Positions 16,887 through 27,143 of a stretch of DNA of 45,469 bases are shown here, in pieces. Position numbers and translations under genes: made by a program. The notes under the pieces are model-generated. The model saw only the letters and a program-made list of their open reading frames with translations, did no database searches and had not been told where the DNA came from. Source of the DNA: a virus. Positions within the stretch are counted from its first letter, which is position 1; each line of letters starts with the position of its first letter. Where the stretch lies: UHGV virus genome UHGV-0206691, one strand, 5' to 3'.

Positions 16887-18860
16887 TATAAAATACGTAC
16901 AATTTCCTATAACCCGAGAGTTATTACCCAGTGCTGCTATTGAAGAAGAAATTCCGCTAGCTGAGGCCGTGGCGCCACTTAGCATCAAATTAGCGTTTAG
17001 AGCTTCAGCTCTAATGTTCAGGGTGTAGACATTAAGCGCAAGGTTTACGTAATACCCTACGCTACCAGAACCGGTTTCACTCCCAACCGCATATGGAAGA
17101 CCGAGAATAGCAGATTGATTACCGGTACCAATAGTATTGATATGCAAATCGAACTGTACAGTAACCTTTCTTCCATCGCGACGGAAAGTTCCTTTTTGTA
17201 TCAAATACGTAGCATTACCGCCAACATTTGGCGTCCACACGCCTTCTTCAACATCACCGGAAGTCCATGCAGAAGGTGATAGCGGAGGATTGTTAACAAC
17301 CGTAAATTTAGCACCACCACTTGAGTTATATGGCGCAAAAATTGGAGTAATACGGTTGTATACGTTTCCTATCTGCTCGTCGAGGTTATTCATATCAATG
17401 AGCACCTGACCATTCTGGAATGTACTGACAGATATGTCCTCAACAACCCAATTGCGAAGTTTGACTCCAGCATCCATCATTCCAATGATGCGACCATTAT
17501 TTCCTATCTTCTCACTGTGCATGTTTATGTAACAGTTTTTTATCAAAACACCTTGCGGAATAAGATAATTTGCAGGGTTTGATGTGTCGCTAAGTACTGA
17601 AATCATCCAAGGTCTGTATGTTGTACTCACCTCAGTGTAATATCCATCTACGATTGTTCCATGGGCGTTAGGTCCAATAAGGATGCCGCCGGTAGAATGG
17701 TGCGCATTACCGCCAATAACACGGCATTTAACCGAGTTAATATACGCAAAATACCCAAGTTCCTGGTTATCGTATGCGCCCATTGAGCAGTCACGAATTG
17801 TAAATCTTGAGTTCCCCCCGTCATAGGCGCTACCATCCGTGCGCTTACTAACCAAAGCGATAAAGCTACCGGTTGCCACGGTACTAAAATACGTATGCTT
17901 TTCGCAGCATTCAATCAACCCATCCCAGTCTTCATACTGAGCGTATATGTCGTAACAGGCGCTATTTCCGAAATCAATAAACAAGCAATTACGGATGCGC
18001 GGGGTGAATACAAATGACTTAATAAATATCCCGTGCGTTGCACTTTCGCCACCAGTAAACCTAAGCCCTTCAATGGTGTATTCTCCCTGATAAAAATTAT
18101 CAGCGGTAGGTGATCCTTCTGGTGTAGGATCTCCTACCGCTAACGCTTTACCAGACCCGGTATACTTAAGCGTCGCCCCCTGATGGCCGTATATTGCAAC
18201 AGGACGGATGAAATCCAAACCTCCAGAATATAAATATGTGCCATTGGGGAAGTTAACAGTTACTGGGTTAGAATACTTAGGGCGGCTATTTACCCACGCA
18301 GCAAGAGCGGTTAAGGCCGCGGTGTCGTCAACCACACCATCACCGACTGCTCCGAAGTCTTTTACGCTAATAATGTCAGCGTTTTTTGCGTGCTGAGTTC
18401 TTGGTGTGCCCGAAACGCCCGGCTGATTTACCGAGATTAAATAGTCCCCCTTACCGTCAGAACTGCTTGCTAAATCGTTACGCAAATCCGGGTCAGTCCG
18501 CGGCTTCCAGTTAGCGTTACCAACGGGGTTAAATGATGCTGGTACAACAACCGGCAACGTACCTGCGTACGAATACCATGTTTTACTTACAGGGTCATAC
18601 ACCACTTTGTCGCGGTCGTTAGCCGTGAGAGTGCCGCCGGTAGAAAAGTCCCACGACACCGGAGAAAAACCCGCATCACGCAACACGGCAGGGAGGGTCT
18701 TCTGTGTCTGTCCCGTAACCGGATTAGCCGCATAATCAATATCCGCGCCACTGGCAACACCACCGGACTTGCCCGTGATAACCTCGGCTTCGAAAATTTG
18801 GTGTTTCTTGGCGGTTTGTAAATCCGCCAGGCTTAAAACGTCACCGCATCCGCTTGACAT
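16884..18860 (-). CDS. tailspike / depolymerase with pectate-lyase-like beta-helix
   Basis: ORF track; DFGAVGDGVVDDTAALTALAAW motif typical of right-handed beta-helix tailspikes; AAAGAGGA RBS; last gene of tail module. Confidence 0.75.
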   Translation of the reverse strand: MSSGCGDVLSLADLQTAKKHQIFEAEVITGKSGGVASGADIDYAANPVTGQTQKTLPAVLRDAGFSPVSWDFSTGGTLTANDRDKVVYDPVSKTWYSYAGTLPVVVPASFNPVGNANWKPRTDPDLRNDLASSSDGKGDYLISVNQPGVSGTPRTQHAKNADIISVKDFGAVGDGVVDDTAALTALAAWVNSRPKYSNPVTVNFPNGTYLYSGGLDFIRPVAIYGHQGATLKYTGSGKALAVGDPTPEGSPTADNFYQGEYTIEGLRFTGGESATHGIFIKSFVFTPRIRNCLFIDFGNSACYDIYAQYEDWDGLIECCEKHTYFSTVATGSFIALVSKRTDGSAYDGGNSRFTIRDCSMGAYDNQELGYFAYINSVKCRVIGGNAHHSTGGILIGPNAHGTIVDGYYTEVSTTYRPWMISVLSDTSNPANYLIPQGVLIKNCYINMHSEKIGNNGRIIGMMDAGVKLRNWVVEDISVSTFQNGQVLIDMNNLDEQIGNVYNRITPIFAPYNSSGGAKFTVVNNPPLSPSAWTSGDVEEGVWTPNVGGNATYLIQKGTFRRDGRKVTVQFDLHINTIGTGNQSAILGLPYAVGSETGSGSVGYYVNLALNVYTLNIRAEALNANLMLSGATASASGISSSIAALGNNSRVIGNCTYFI

Positions 18861-18872
18861 ATAGAGTCCTCT

Positions 18873-21437
18873 TTAATTAAAACCGTTGCTGAATCCGTCG
18901 GAGAAACCGCGACCGAAAGGCGCGACGCCGTCGTATTTATAGAATCCGTCGTCATAGTTGTAGCCAGTAATCTTGACCGTGCGGTCGTCGCCCGGGTCGA
19001 TTGAAGAAACAACTATCTTCTGAGCATTATGCCTTGCTTCGTTGCCGAATGAAAACTCAGTTTTTAGTGCGCTATTACCCGTGTATATTGCTTCCTCTGG
19101 TGCAGAGAGCATAACCACCTCGCGGTCGTGGCTTCCTTGGATAACAGAGATACTCTGCACAGAGCCGTCGCGCTTCTTGAGGATGATGGAGTGGTCATCC
19201 CCCGGGGTAAACGTGACAGGCTGAGATAGCGTAAGCGTAAGCCCATTAACGGCAACAACATAACCATCCTGCGGGGTGATGCGGGAGCCTTTAACCACAC
19301 TTACCGCACGCCCCGGCATCGCAAAAATCCCTTCTTCTGTCGCTGTGAAAGATACCGTGACCTTTTTCAACAGATTTTTCTGATAACGGCGGTATGCAGC
19401 CCAGTATGCCTGCTTATAGTTACGGATGCCTTTAGAGTCATATGTTTCAGTATTAACCCCACCTTCTGCTGGTATGCTAATAGTCTCTTTTACGTTGGTA
19501 TCCGGGTCAATATAAGAGAACTTGAGACTGTCGTATACCTGGGAGTCATTGAATGTCCTGGTCCACTTCTCCGAAGCTGTGGTTTTGCTACGATGCGTAA
19601 ACACCATCTCTGGGCCAATCCGCGGGCGCTCGAAATCCAGAAGAATGTCAGCACCTCTCCGATATGGAGTGCAGAAAATTGCTTCCGCTATCGTAGTTAC
19701 TATGTCCTGCATCGTAGTTTTGTAATCGTCAAACGTATAGCAAAACTCACCGGCGGATGTGCTACCAAAATAGCTCTCAATTTCGTTTTGCACCGCCAGC
19801 AGTTTATCCATGTTTGCCGTTGTCAGATTCAAGGCCCCGACATCCGGGTCGCGTGCAAGACGAATCAGCGACTGTACCGCTTGTGTGTTTGGCGTTCTTA
19901 AGGAGTCAAAAACACCGTTACCGAGATACTTGTGCACCATTTCCGTCACCACCATGCGCAACTGAGGCTGTTTAACCTCCGCGGCTCGTGGCGTCTGTTT
20001 ACGCGCGGAATGTACGGTCGTTCGGTTGCCATAATGTGGGGTTCGGTCAACAGACTGCCCATACAGATTTATGTATGAAATTTCATCTGACACTGTCCCG
20101 GAGAAGTCGCGGTCAGTGTCAGATACACGACGACAGCGAACACGTACCTTAGATTTAACCGGGAGGTCCGCGTAGACAGTAACTCCAGTGTAATCGCTGC
20201 TTCTACCGGAAATAGTCCCCTGCCTATTGTATACAGGGCCGTAAGGGGTGCTGTCATCACCAATTAGCTGGTACTGAACCTCTATCGTTGCCGACGCGCT
20301 TTGTTTGTTTCCGTCGTCCTTAAACATCCCATTCGCGGCGGCAAAATTAGCAACTACGCGCTCCACAGGAATTCGGTTAAGGGAAACCCAATCCGTCAGG
20401 CTGGCGCTATATGTATCAGTCGGGCCAATAGTCGCCGCTTTATCTTGCGTAACGTACCCTTCGCGGATTCCGCCTCCGCGGTCTGGTAATGTCTGCCACT
20501 CTGATAGTTTGGGGGAGGCGTCAACCGTTATCTGGAACTCGTCTACACTTAATACCGTGTAGACGCCATCAAGATTACCACCGCCTTCAGGGCGTATCCA
20601 CGTAAAAGTGGCCTGGTCTCCCGGAGATATGTATGTGTTAAAAGCCGAGTCGCCTGTAGGGTCCGTTATGGTCCCTGTCGCCCCCACAAGTCTGGCGCGC
20701 GAAGAATTACCAACATTATTAGCCAGGTCATTAGGTGCTTTTAGGACCGCACCATCTACTTCATTGGATGCTATTGTTATATACAACCCTTGCCCGATAG
20801 TGTCACCAACAAGAAGTTGCGGGGAGCTTGTATTGTTTGGCGAAGTGTATGGGGCGTACACCGCCACGGATGTTCCAGTTATCTCCTGGACTTTAGTATC
20901 GCCGTCGGTGATGTCTTCCGCTTTAACATCCAGATACCCGCGACCGGCATCATAGTAGCCGTACTCAATGATACGGCCCGCATTATCAAAAACCTTATAA
21001 GTGGTCATAAGGTTATTGGGTATCGTCTGCACACGGCCACAGATGTCATAAGTTCGCTCGTATGGGCGGGCCTTGTTATTCCGGTCCGTCAGACTGTTAT
21101 TCGGCGAGTCCGCTTGCTGGTTAGCGAGATTGTTAGACGCGCCCTTCGTTGACGGTGTGAGTAATTTGGCCAGCGGTTTAAGGATTATGCTGAACACTTT
21201 CATCACGCCCTTGATAGCGCCGCCACCAGCACCCTCCAGGATGTGAAAAACAGCATCCTGTTTTAATGCGTCAAAATCTTCTGTTACGTCGTTATCCTCT
21301 CCTATCTCTTCGAGGAAAACGCGAAACGGTACACCATCAGGGATATGGTTTACGACGAAATTCAGCGGCGAGTCGTTATGCCGTTTTTGTGTGAATGCCC
21401 CGTCTTCGTTGCGGGTGTAATGGATGACTATCGCCAA
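18873..21437 (-). CDS. tail tip / tail fiber protein (gpJ-like position)
   Basis: ORF track; 854 aa, between tail assembly genes and tailspike. Confidence 0.55.
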   Translation of the reverse strand: MAIVIHYTRNEDGAFTQKRHNDSPLNFVVNHIPDGVPFRVFLEEIGEDNDVTEDFDALKQDAVFHILEGAGGGAIKGVMKVFSIILKPLAKLLTPSTKGASNNLANQQADSPNNSLTDRNNKARPYERTYDICGRVQTIPNNLMTTYKVFDNAGRIIEYGYYDAGRGYLDVKAEDITDGDTKVQEITGTSVAVYAPYTSPNNTSSPQLLVGDTIGQGLYITIASNEVDGAVLKAPNDLANNVGNSSRARLVGATGTITDPTGDSAFNTYISPGDQATFTWIRPEGGGNLDGVYTVLSVDEFQITVDASPKLSEWQTLPDRGGGIREGYVTQDKAATIGPTDTYSASLTDWVSLNRIPVERVVANFAAANGMFKDDGNKQSASATIEVQYQLIGDDSTPYGPVYNRQGTISGRSSDYTGVTVYADLPVKSKVRVRCRRVSDTDRDFSGTVSDEISYINLYGQSVDRTPHYGNRTTVHSARKQTPRAAEVKQPQLRMVVTEMVHKYLGNGVFDSLRTPNTQAVQSLIRLARDPDVGALNLTTANMDKLLAVQNEIESYFGSTSAGEFCYTFDDYKTTMQDIVTTIAEAIFCTPYRRGADILLDFERPRIGPEMVFTHRSKTTASEKWTRTFNDSQVYDSLKFSYIDPDTNVKETISIPAEGGVNTETYDSKGIRNYKQAYWAAYRRYQKNLLKKVTVSFTATEEGIFAMPGRAVSVVKGSRITPQDGYVVAVNGLTLTLSQPVTFTPGDDHSIILKKRDGSVQSISVIQGSHDREVVMLSAPEEAIYTGNSALKTEFSFGNEARHNAQKIVVSSIDPGDDRTVKITGYNYDDGFYKYDGVAPFGRGFSDGFSNGFN

Positions 21438-21793
21438 AATTCAATCTCCTGATATGTGTCGCGTAAATCTTCAAGGCGGTCGAGACGCACTTGTCGGGAC
21501 GCTAACTCGCAGTGGCTTACCATCCCATCATAATACACGCCTGCGTGCCACACTACACGCCCTCTGTGGTAGGTACCCAGCAACACCGCATCATAATTCT
21601 GTGGATGGGTGGCACGTACCAGACCTTTCGGGTCGGAGTGGCCAGAGTCAAACGCCGAGTCGATAGCCGTCGGCGATGTTACATCGAAAGCCGGTGTAGG
21701 CAGGCCGACGTCACCACGCACCCGGCGAACATGATGCCAACAATTATAACGACGGAAGTCGTACGGCAAACCGGTATAGGAAGCAATACTCAT
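21428..21793 (-). CDS. tail assembly protein with NlpC/P60-like Cys-His core (gpK-like position)
   Basis: ORF track 21428..21946 trimmed to ATG (MSIASYTG) overlapping upstream stop; YNCWHHV and HAGVYYDGMVSHCE. Confidence 0.5.
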   Translation of the reverse strand: MSIASYTGLPYDFRRYNCWHHVRRVRGDVGLPTPAFDVTSPTAIDSAFDSGHSDPKGLVRATHPQNYDAVLLGTYHRGRVVWHAGVYYDGMVSHCELASRQVRLDRLEDLRDTYQEIEFWR

Positions 21794-22305
21794 GTGAGAA
21801 GCACCCCGCGCAGCAGCGGTATCTCTTCCGGTGTCATAAGGATTCCGGTCTGCCGTTGGTTGAGCATAGGTGTTCCTGTCTCGGCGGTGAACACCCCTTT
21901 CTCTTGTGTCAGAGTCTGTAACTCGTACACTACAGGGCCGTCGCAAGGGTATGACAGGTCGGTGCTTACGTAACGGCGGAAGATGAATCTAGGCAACTCT
22001 TTGTTGCTGTACGGGATGCGATCCATCTCTTCGTCCAGAATGTTAAGAACATCCGGAAGCGAGAAGGAGGCTGTCTGGTCCATATCATTGTTATTTGCTG
22101 CGTTCTTAGCGTCCATCGGCGTAGCCTCGAACGTGACTGTCTCGCCGGTCTCTAGCGTTGCCGTGAGGTCAGATGTTCCGCGCACGAGTAACCACCGCTT
22201 CGATAGAAGCGGGTGATATATCTCAAGCGTAATGTAGTCCAGTTCGCCGTCTGGATTTGAGGCCAGCTTACGGCGATAGGCGGCTTCTACTGATTCTTGG
22301 CTCAT
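21790..22305 (-). CDS. minor tail protein (gpL-like position, DUF1833-like)
   Basis: ORF track; position after distal tail protein. Confidence 0.45.
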   Translation of the reverse strand: MSQESVEAAYRRKLASNPDGELDYITLEIYHPLLSKRWLLVRGTSDLTATLETGETVTFEATPMDAKNAANNNDMDQTASFSLPDVLNILDEEMDRIPYSNKELPRFIFRRYVSTDLSYPCDGPVVYELQTLTQEKGVFTAETGTPMLNQRQTGILMTPEEIPLLRGVLLT

Positions 22306-22308
22306 AAG

Positions 22309-23700
22309 TTAACCGTCCACCTTAAAATCGATACGGGTGATATATTTACTGCCCCACGCGGAATCAGCCGGCGGGATGGCGGCGTAGCCGTCAACCGCTT
22401 GAACGTTTACCACAGTGCCGTCAGAATAGGTAATGTCTATGCTTGTTGCACCGTTCATTGCTACTTTTGCGGATGCCGTTTGGCGGGTTACAGCAGACGA
22501 ATCTGTGATTATTGGTGAAGTGGCAAATTCTGATTTTTCTATTTGCATCGCGCATACTAATATCCCGCTAACACCGTCCCCTGCAAACGTCGCAGCCTGG
22601 GTATTGTCGTACACCCACGATGCTAACAGTAAAGAAGAAGCCCCGCCTTGACGTATCTCCACTTGCTCGGTAAATCTGTACCAACCACCACCACAGTTAA
22701 TTATAGTACTATTAGTGGCGCCAGCGAATATAGTTCCGTCCTGCAGATTAGCCCGACAATCAGAAATAAACCCCGCATCATCAGCGGCGCGAAGTCTCGC
22801 ATAATTATAACCATAGGCCTTAGCAACGTAACTGAGGGTGTATACATCACCCTCAGCAAAAGCGGAAGACACTGATTGTTGTACGGTATGGTCGCCGTTC
22901 GTCGTGGTCGGGATTAGCGAGAACGTACCTCCGTTTAAGATTGCATCAACTGCATCTGACACCGTTGTGCGAGTTTTTGACCACGATGCGTCAGATAATT
23001 TCGACGATTTAATCAGGATATTGCTGGATGCAGCTTCCGGCGGCACGCGTCCAACAGCAACCCCGTCAATAAACGTAAGGGGCCATTCATTGGCAGCGGA
23101 CTGCACAAGATTGCCGTTTCGGTTGATGTAGTAAACCTGCGGCCCGTCGTAAATAATGCGGCTATCAAGAGTCGACGCCAGAAGGTTAATCGGCGGATAT
23201 CCGGCAGGACCTTCGTCACTCCAGATGCGCGGGAACGTCGTCTGATAGTTCGCGTATATTTTCAGAAAACCACCTAAACAATCGCCGTAGGAACCGAACA
23301 AATCTGGCAGATTCTTAGTAAGACAAGTGTCTTCCTGAATCGCCGTACGTTCTGCAGTGGCCGTGAATGTAATCACCCAATTCTTACCATCATCAGTGCT
23401 GTCGCTTATATCAGATGTAATAAGCACCTGGTGGTCTTCTATACCTAAACCGGTATCATGCGGCATGATAAACGAGGACGCCCCGCCGTCGATGTTGTTC
23501 AGGAAGCTATAAAACGCCTGGCGCCCGAGAGACGACACGACAAGCGTTACACTAATTGGTACCGGTTCAAAGTACGTGTCTCGCCCCTGACGGGGTAAGC
23601 CACCCTGAACCTCAGTGCGCCAGATATTACTCCCCCTGGTCTGGGAGTACCCCTTCGACACTATAGGTCGAAGGGACATAGGGAATCTCAAATCGCTCAT
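22309..23700 (-). CDS. distal tail protein with C-terminal extension
   Basis: ORF track; immediately downstream of tape measure gene. Confidence 0.5.
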   Translation of the reverse strand: MSDLRFPMSLRPIVSKGYSQTRGSNIWRTEVQGGLPRQGRDTYFEPVPISVTLVVSSLGRQAFYSFLNNIDGGASSFIMPHDTGLGIEDHQVLITSDISDSTDDGKNWVITFTATAERTAIQEDTCLTKNLPDLFGSYGDCLGGFLKIYANYQTTFPRIWSDEGPAGYPPINLLASTLDSRIIYDGPQVYYINRNGNLVQSAANEWPLTFIDGVAVGRVPPEAASSNILIKSSKLSDASWSKTRTTVSDAVDAILNGGTFSLIPTTTNGDHTVQQSVSSAFAEGDVYTLSYVAKAYGYNYARLRAADDAGFISDCRANLQDGTIFAGATNSTIINCGGGWYRFTEQVEIRQGGASSLLLASWVYDNTQAATFAGDGVSGILVCAMQIEKSEFATSPIITDSSAVTRQTASAKVAMNGATSIDITYSDGTVVNVQAVDGYAAIPPADSAWGSKYITRIDFKVDG

Positions 23701-23703
23701 TAA

Positions 23704-25989
23704 TTAATACCCCGGCTGACCGCGAGTAGCGCGGCGAGCTTTAGAAATCGGTGAGTTGTTATCCTGTAACTGCGACGCTACTGTTTCACTGATTATAATA
23801 CGTAAACGCCCTTCGTCATCACGTTCTGTTACAGCAGAATCTACGCGCCCCGTAGTGTTATTAACTATAGTGACGTTATCACCGCCGGGCTGGCCGCCGT
23901 TTTGCCCCATAATTTCTTTCATCTGCTGCGCAGTGCGCACACGTGACGCACCAGCAGGCATGATAACTTCTGGTTTACCGCGTTCAGCGATGGTGGAAGC
24001 CTGCCCCGCAGATAACTGACCCCCCTGCTCACGTGCCGAGCGGATTTTGGCGATATTAGCCAGCCCCGCGGCAACGGCGGTGGCGGCAGCTACAGGAGCC
24101 AGGAATGGGCCGACAACAGGGATAGCGGCCGTTGACTTATATGCCTCAATAGCCGATGTGTACGTGGCGATAGTGGCCTGTGCGATAGCAAACGCCTTGT
24201 ATGCGGTGGACGCCTCGCCAAATGCCGTTTTAGCATTAGCCGCCATATCACCAAAAGAGCTACCTAAAGCCTCGGCTCGCTTCGTGGCATACTGCTCATT
24301 GATAGCGTTAAGCGCCGCTTGATACTGTTCCTCGTTAATCAACCCCTGTTCACGGTATTTATCTGCGACCGCCAGTTTCTGCTGTTCCTGGATGTCGAGA
24401 AGCTCAAGCTCAGCGGCGTTCTGGCCCATAATCTGAGCCATGAAGTCGTCGCCTTTCTGCTGTTTTTCCTGGGCTTCTTTCTGGCGTTTATCCAGTTCAT
24501 CTTGTCGTTTTTGCCCTGCTTCGAGGACAATAGCCGTTTTTGCTTGCTCGTATTCTTTCAGTGACAACGCGCCCTGGCTGTAGAACTCTTTTGCTTTAGC
24601 CAGTTTCTGCTGTTCCTGCGCGTCGATAGCCTTTAACTCATCGTTGTTCTGGCGGGCCAAAGTGTCGAGGTAATCTTGCGCCTGATTCCGTAGTTGTTCT
24701 GCTTTCTTGGCGGCGGCTTTTGCTGCTTTATCGTCGGTGTTTCCCGCCCCGTCAGTTCCGCCCTTTTTATTAACAAGACTGGCTAAGTCAATTTCTTGCT
24801 TCTTGCGCTCGTTGTACTGCTTGCGCTGCTCCTCAATTTCTTTCTTACGCTGCTTAGACCTGTTAGTAATGGCTTGTGATTCGGCCTCTGCACGTTTTAT
24901 GCTGGCGTCGTATGCGGCGTCAGCCTCCGCGGTCAGTTTTTTAAATGTGAGCGCCGCCGTTTTGCTCGGGTCAAACACATCAGCAAGGGTCTGGCCTAAC
25001 GCTACTGCGTAGTCGTCAATGCGCTGGAACCACGCAATAACCTCGTGGAATGTCTGCTGGATATCTGGCAACCACTCTCGGATAGCGTCCGGGATAGCTC
25101 CCAGCGAGTCTGACATATCTGTGGATTTGTTCTCAGTGTCGTATGCCAGGTCATTCAAGGCATCAGAAATAAACTTGAACGATTCATTGAACAGTGTCAC
25201 CCAATCCTGGAGCGTGGCGGCGATCTCATTAGACGCGATAGCGTCGGTGAGTGCCGTGATAGCATCTTCCGCCGTTGCCGCTTGCGCACCTACCGCGTCA
25301 CCGAAACCGGATTGCGCTACGGCAAGAACAAGGCCATCGAAGGAGTCCGCCAGACTCGATAACTGACCATCTAAGGTCTTCGAGCGCGTTTCCATCGCCC
25401 CGGCGAAATCAGTGTTACCGATATTTAGCAGGTATTTCTGAATCTCTTCGGAGTTCTTTTTAACCGTGGTGGTAACACCGCGGAACGTGAAAGAAACTGT
25501 ATCCGCCTGTTGGGAAGACTTGATGCCAAACTCTTTTAAGCGTTCAAACTCAAAGGTACTGGCGTCCGCTACGGCCTCAATCATCTGATTAAGGTCTTTG
25601 CCCATCGCCGCAGCGGTGTTGCCGTAGGAGATTAACGCCTCTTTGCTGGGGTTAAGACCTAGCGCCACGAGCTTGGTAAACCCCTCGACCGCCTGGTTAA
25701 GACCGTATGGTGTTTCTTTTGCGAACTGTTGCAGGACGCTGAAAGCCTTCGCCGCATTCTCCGCGCTTCCGGTCATTGTGATGAGGCCGGAATTCAGCTT
25801 ATCGAAGTTGCGCTGAGAGTCCACCAGCGCACTGAACACCTGCTTGGCGGTTTCCAGACTGACAACGGCGGCGGCAGCAGCCCCCGCCGCCTTGGTAAGC
25901 CCGTTCAGTTGTGATGTGGTTTTATCGACGCCAGTCGATGATACTCGTACTATCAAGCTAGCGGTATCAGCCATGATTTCTACCTTCAA
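23704..25989 (-). CDS. tail tape measure protein
   Basis: ORF track; 761 aa, Ala/Gln-rich coiled-coil, largest gene of tail module, preceded by chaperone pair; true start may be MADTAS about 15 nt inside. Confidence 0.8.
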   Translation of the reverse strand: MKVEIMADTASLIVRVSSTGVDKTTSQLNGLTKAAGAAAAAVVSLETAKQVFSALVDSQRNFDKLNSGLITMTGSAENAAKAFSVLQQFAKETPYGLNQAVEGFTKLVALGLNPSKEALISYGNTAAAMGKDLNQMIEAVADASTFEFERLKEFGIKSSQQADTVSFTFRGVTTTVKKNSEEIQKYLLNIGNTDFAGAMETRSKTLDGQLSSLADSFDGLVLAVAQSGFGDAVGAQAATAEDAITALTDAIASNEIAATLQDWVTLFNESFKFISDALNDLAYDTENKSTDMSDSLGAIPDAIREWLPDIQQTFHEVIAWFQRIDDYAVALGQTLADVFDPSKTAALTFKKLTAEADAAYDASIKRAEAESQAITNRSKQRKKEIEEQRKQYNERKKQEIDLASLVNKKGGTDGAGNTDDKAAKAAAKKAEQLRNQAQDYLDTLARQNNDELKAIDAQEQQKLAKAKEFYSQGALSLKEYEQAKTAIVLEAGQKRQDELDKRQKEAQEKQQKGDDFMAQIMGQNAAELELLDIQEQQKLAVADKYREQGLINEEQYQAALNAINEQYATKRAEALGSSFGDMAANAKTAFGEASTAYKAFAIAQATIATYTSAIEAYKSTAAIPVVGPFLAPVAAATAVAAGLANIAKIRSAREQGGQLSAGQASTIAERGKPEVIMPAGASRVRTAQQMKEIMGQNGGQPGGDNVTIVNNTTGRVDSAVTERDDEGRLRIIISETVASQLQDNNSPISKARRATRGQPGY

Positions 25990-26299
25990 AGATTGCTTCT
26001 AAGCCCATGATAATGTCTATCTCGAACAGGCTAAGCTGTTTTTGCGTAACATCGAGATAGGCTTTCAGGTCTTGCCACGTAACGGATTCTCTTGCAAACA
26101 ATACTACAGCGTCCTCGCGCACGTGTCGCGTAAACTTAATGTCGCAGTACGTTTCAAAGGTGGATATAAAAAGGGGCGGGCATTCCGGCCCACCCCGTCG
26201 CGCTGCACGTTTTTTCTTATCGATTACACCCATCGCGATAAGCGCCTGTTCGTGACCGTCAGCTATAGAATCAAATTCTCTGATTTTATGCTTATCCAC
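25967..26299 (-). CDS. tail assembly chaperone, T-frame (possible -1 frameshift extension of 26332..26748)
   Basis: ORF track; -1 frame relative to upstream chaperone stays open across its stop; GGAAAAG at end of upstream gene. Confidence 0.4.
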   Translation of the reverse strand: MDKHKIREFDSIADGHEQALIAMGVIDKKKRAARRGGPECPPLFISTFETYCDIKFTRHVREDAVVLFARESVTWQDLKAYLDVTQKQLSLFEIDIIMGLEAIFEGRNHG

Positions 26300-26331
26300 A
26301 AACTCGTAGGTGGCGAACCTGTACAGCGCGT

Positions 26332-26748
26332 CTACTTTTCCTGTAATGCTTTGCGCTCGGCGTTATGGAACGCAGCTACCTGTGTGCCTAATGCCTTAAA
26401 CTGGTCCAGCAATTTGTTAAATGCTTCTTTAGAGAAAGGCTCATCAAAACTCCAGCCGTTTACGACTTCTGCCGCAAGTTGTCGGTTGAGGTCTTCCGCC
26501 AGTTCGTTAATCGCCAGGTTATATTCAGTATAGTCGCCTGATTCTTTGGCGGCTTTTTCCAGTTCTTCGAAACGCGCCAACCCGCGACGGTACGCAATAA
26601 TGAAAGCACGCCCAGCTTTAACGGCGGCATCCGCATCCGGATTTACAACGTTAAGCCACTCCCCTGAGTCTTCACCATTTGGTAGGAGAATGGGCATCTT
26701 CTTGCCCACCAACGCTTTCTCTTCGAAATAAAAATCAGAAAGTTTCAT
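26332..26748 (-). CDS. tail assembly chaperone (gpG-like)
   Basis: ORF track; acidic 138-aa protein directly upstream of tape measure. Confidence 0.5.
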   Translation of the reverse strand: MKLSDFYFEEKALVGKKMPILLPNGEDSGEWLNVVNPDADAAVKAGRAFIIAYRRGLARFEELEKAAKESGDYTEYNLAINELAEDLNRQLAAEVVNGWSFDEPFSKEAFNKLLDQFKALGTQVAAFHNAERKALQEK

Positions 26749-26854
26749 TCTTTAATCCTTTGGTTAAGAGGTTACTGGTTAAGATGGACGCGCCAGACGG
26801 GAACCACCCGCTTTTCGTGTGCGACACTAGGCGCAAACTTATTCTAGCACACTA

Positions 26855-26883
26855 CTTGCGCGCCCCAATATAATAGGGTACTA
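26855..26883 (+). promoter_or_regulatory. early-class promoter TTGCGC-N17-TACTAT driving accessory cassette
   Basis: cTTGCGCgccccaatataatagggTACTATtcactta; matches promoters at 3272 (minus), 36202 and 38070. Confidence 0.55.
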
Positions 26884-26914
26884 TTCACTTACACCAACAA
26901 TGAAGGGGTTTAAA

Positions 26915-27106
26915 ATGTCCAGTTTACCAGTTTCCTTAATTCTGTTTGCACTGCTAGCCTATTTTGCGCCTTTCCTGGTTGCATATTTCCGCGACCATAA
27001 AGCGAAGTTAGCGATATTCATGGCCAACCTGTTTCTCGGTTGGATTCTTCTGCCGTGGGTATTTATTTTAATCTGGGCTTGCAACTCGAATGTCAAAGAG
27101 AAGTGA
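26915..27106 (+). CDS. Imm-like superinfection-immunity family small membrane protein (63 aa, 2 TM)
   Basis: ORF track 26900..27106 trimmed to ATG with GAAGGGG RBS; RDHKAKLAIFMANLFLGWILLPWVFILIWA resembles recalled Imm-family motif. Confidence 0.5.
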   Translation: MSSLPVSLILFALLAYFAPFLVAYFRDHKAKLAIFMANLFLGWILLPWVFILIWACNSNVKEK

Positions 27107-27143
27107 GCTAGTATAGGACAAATCCTAAGCACGAGGAATAAGC

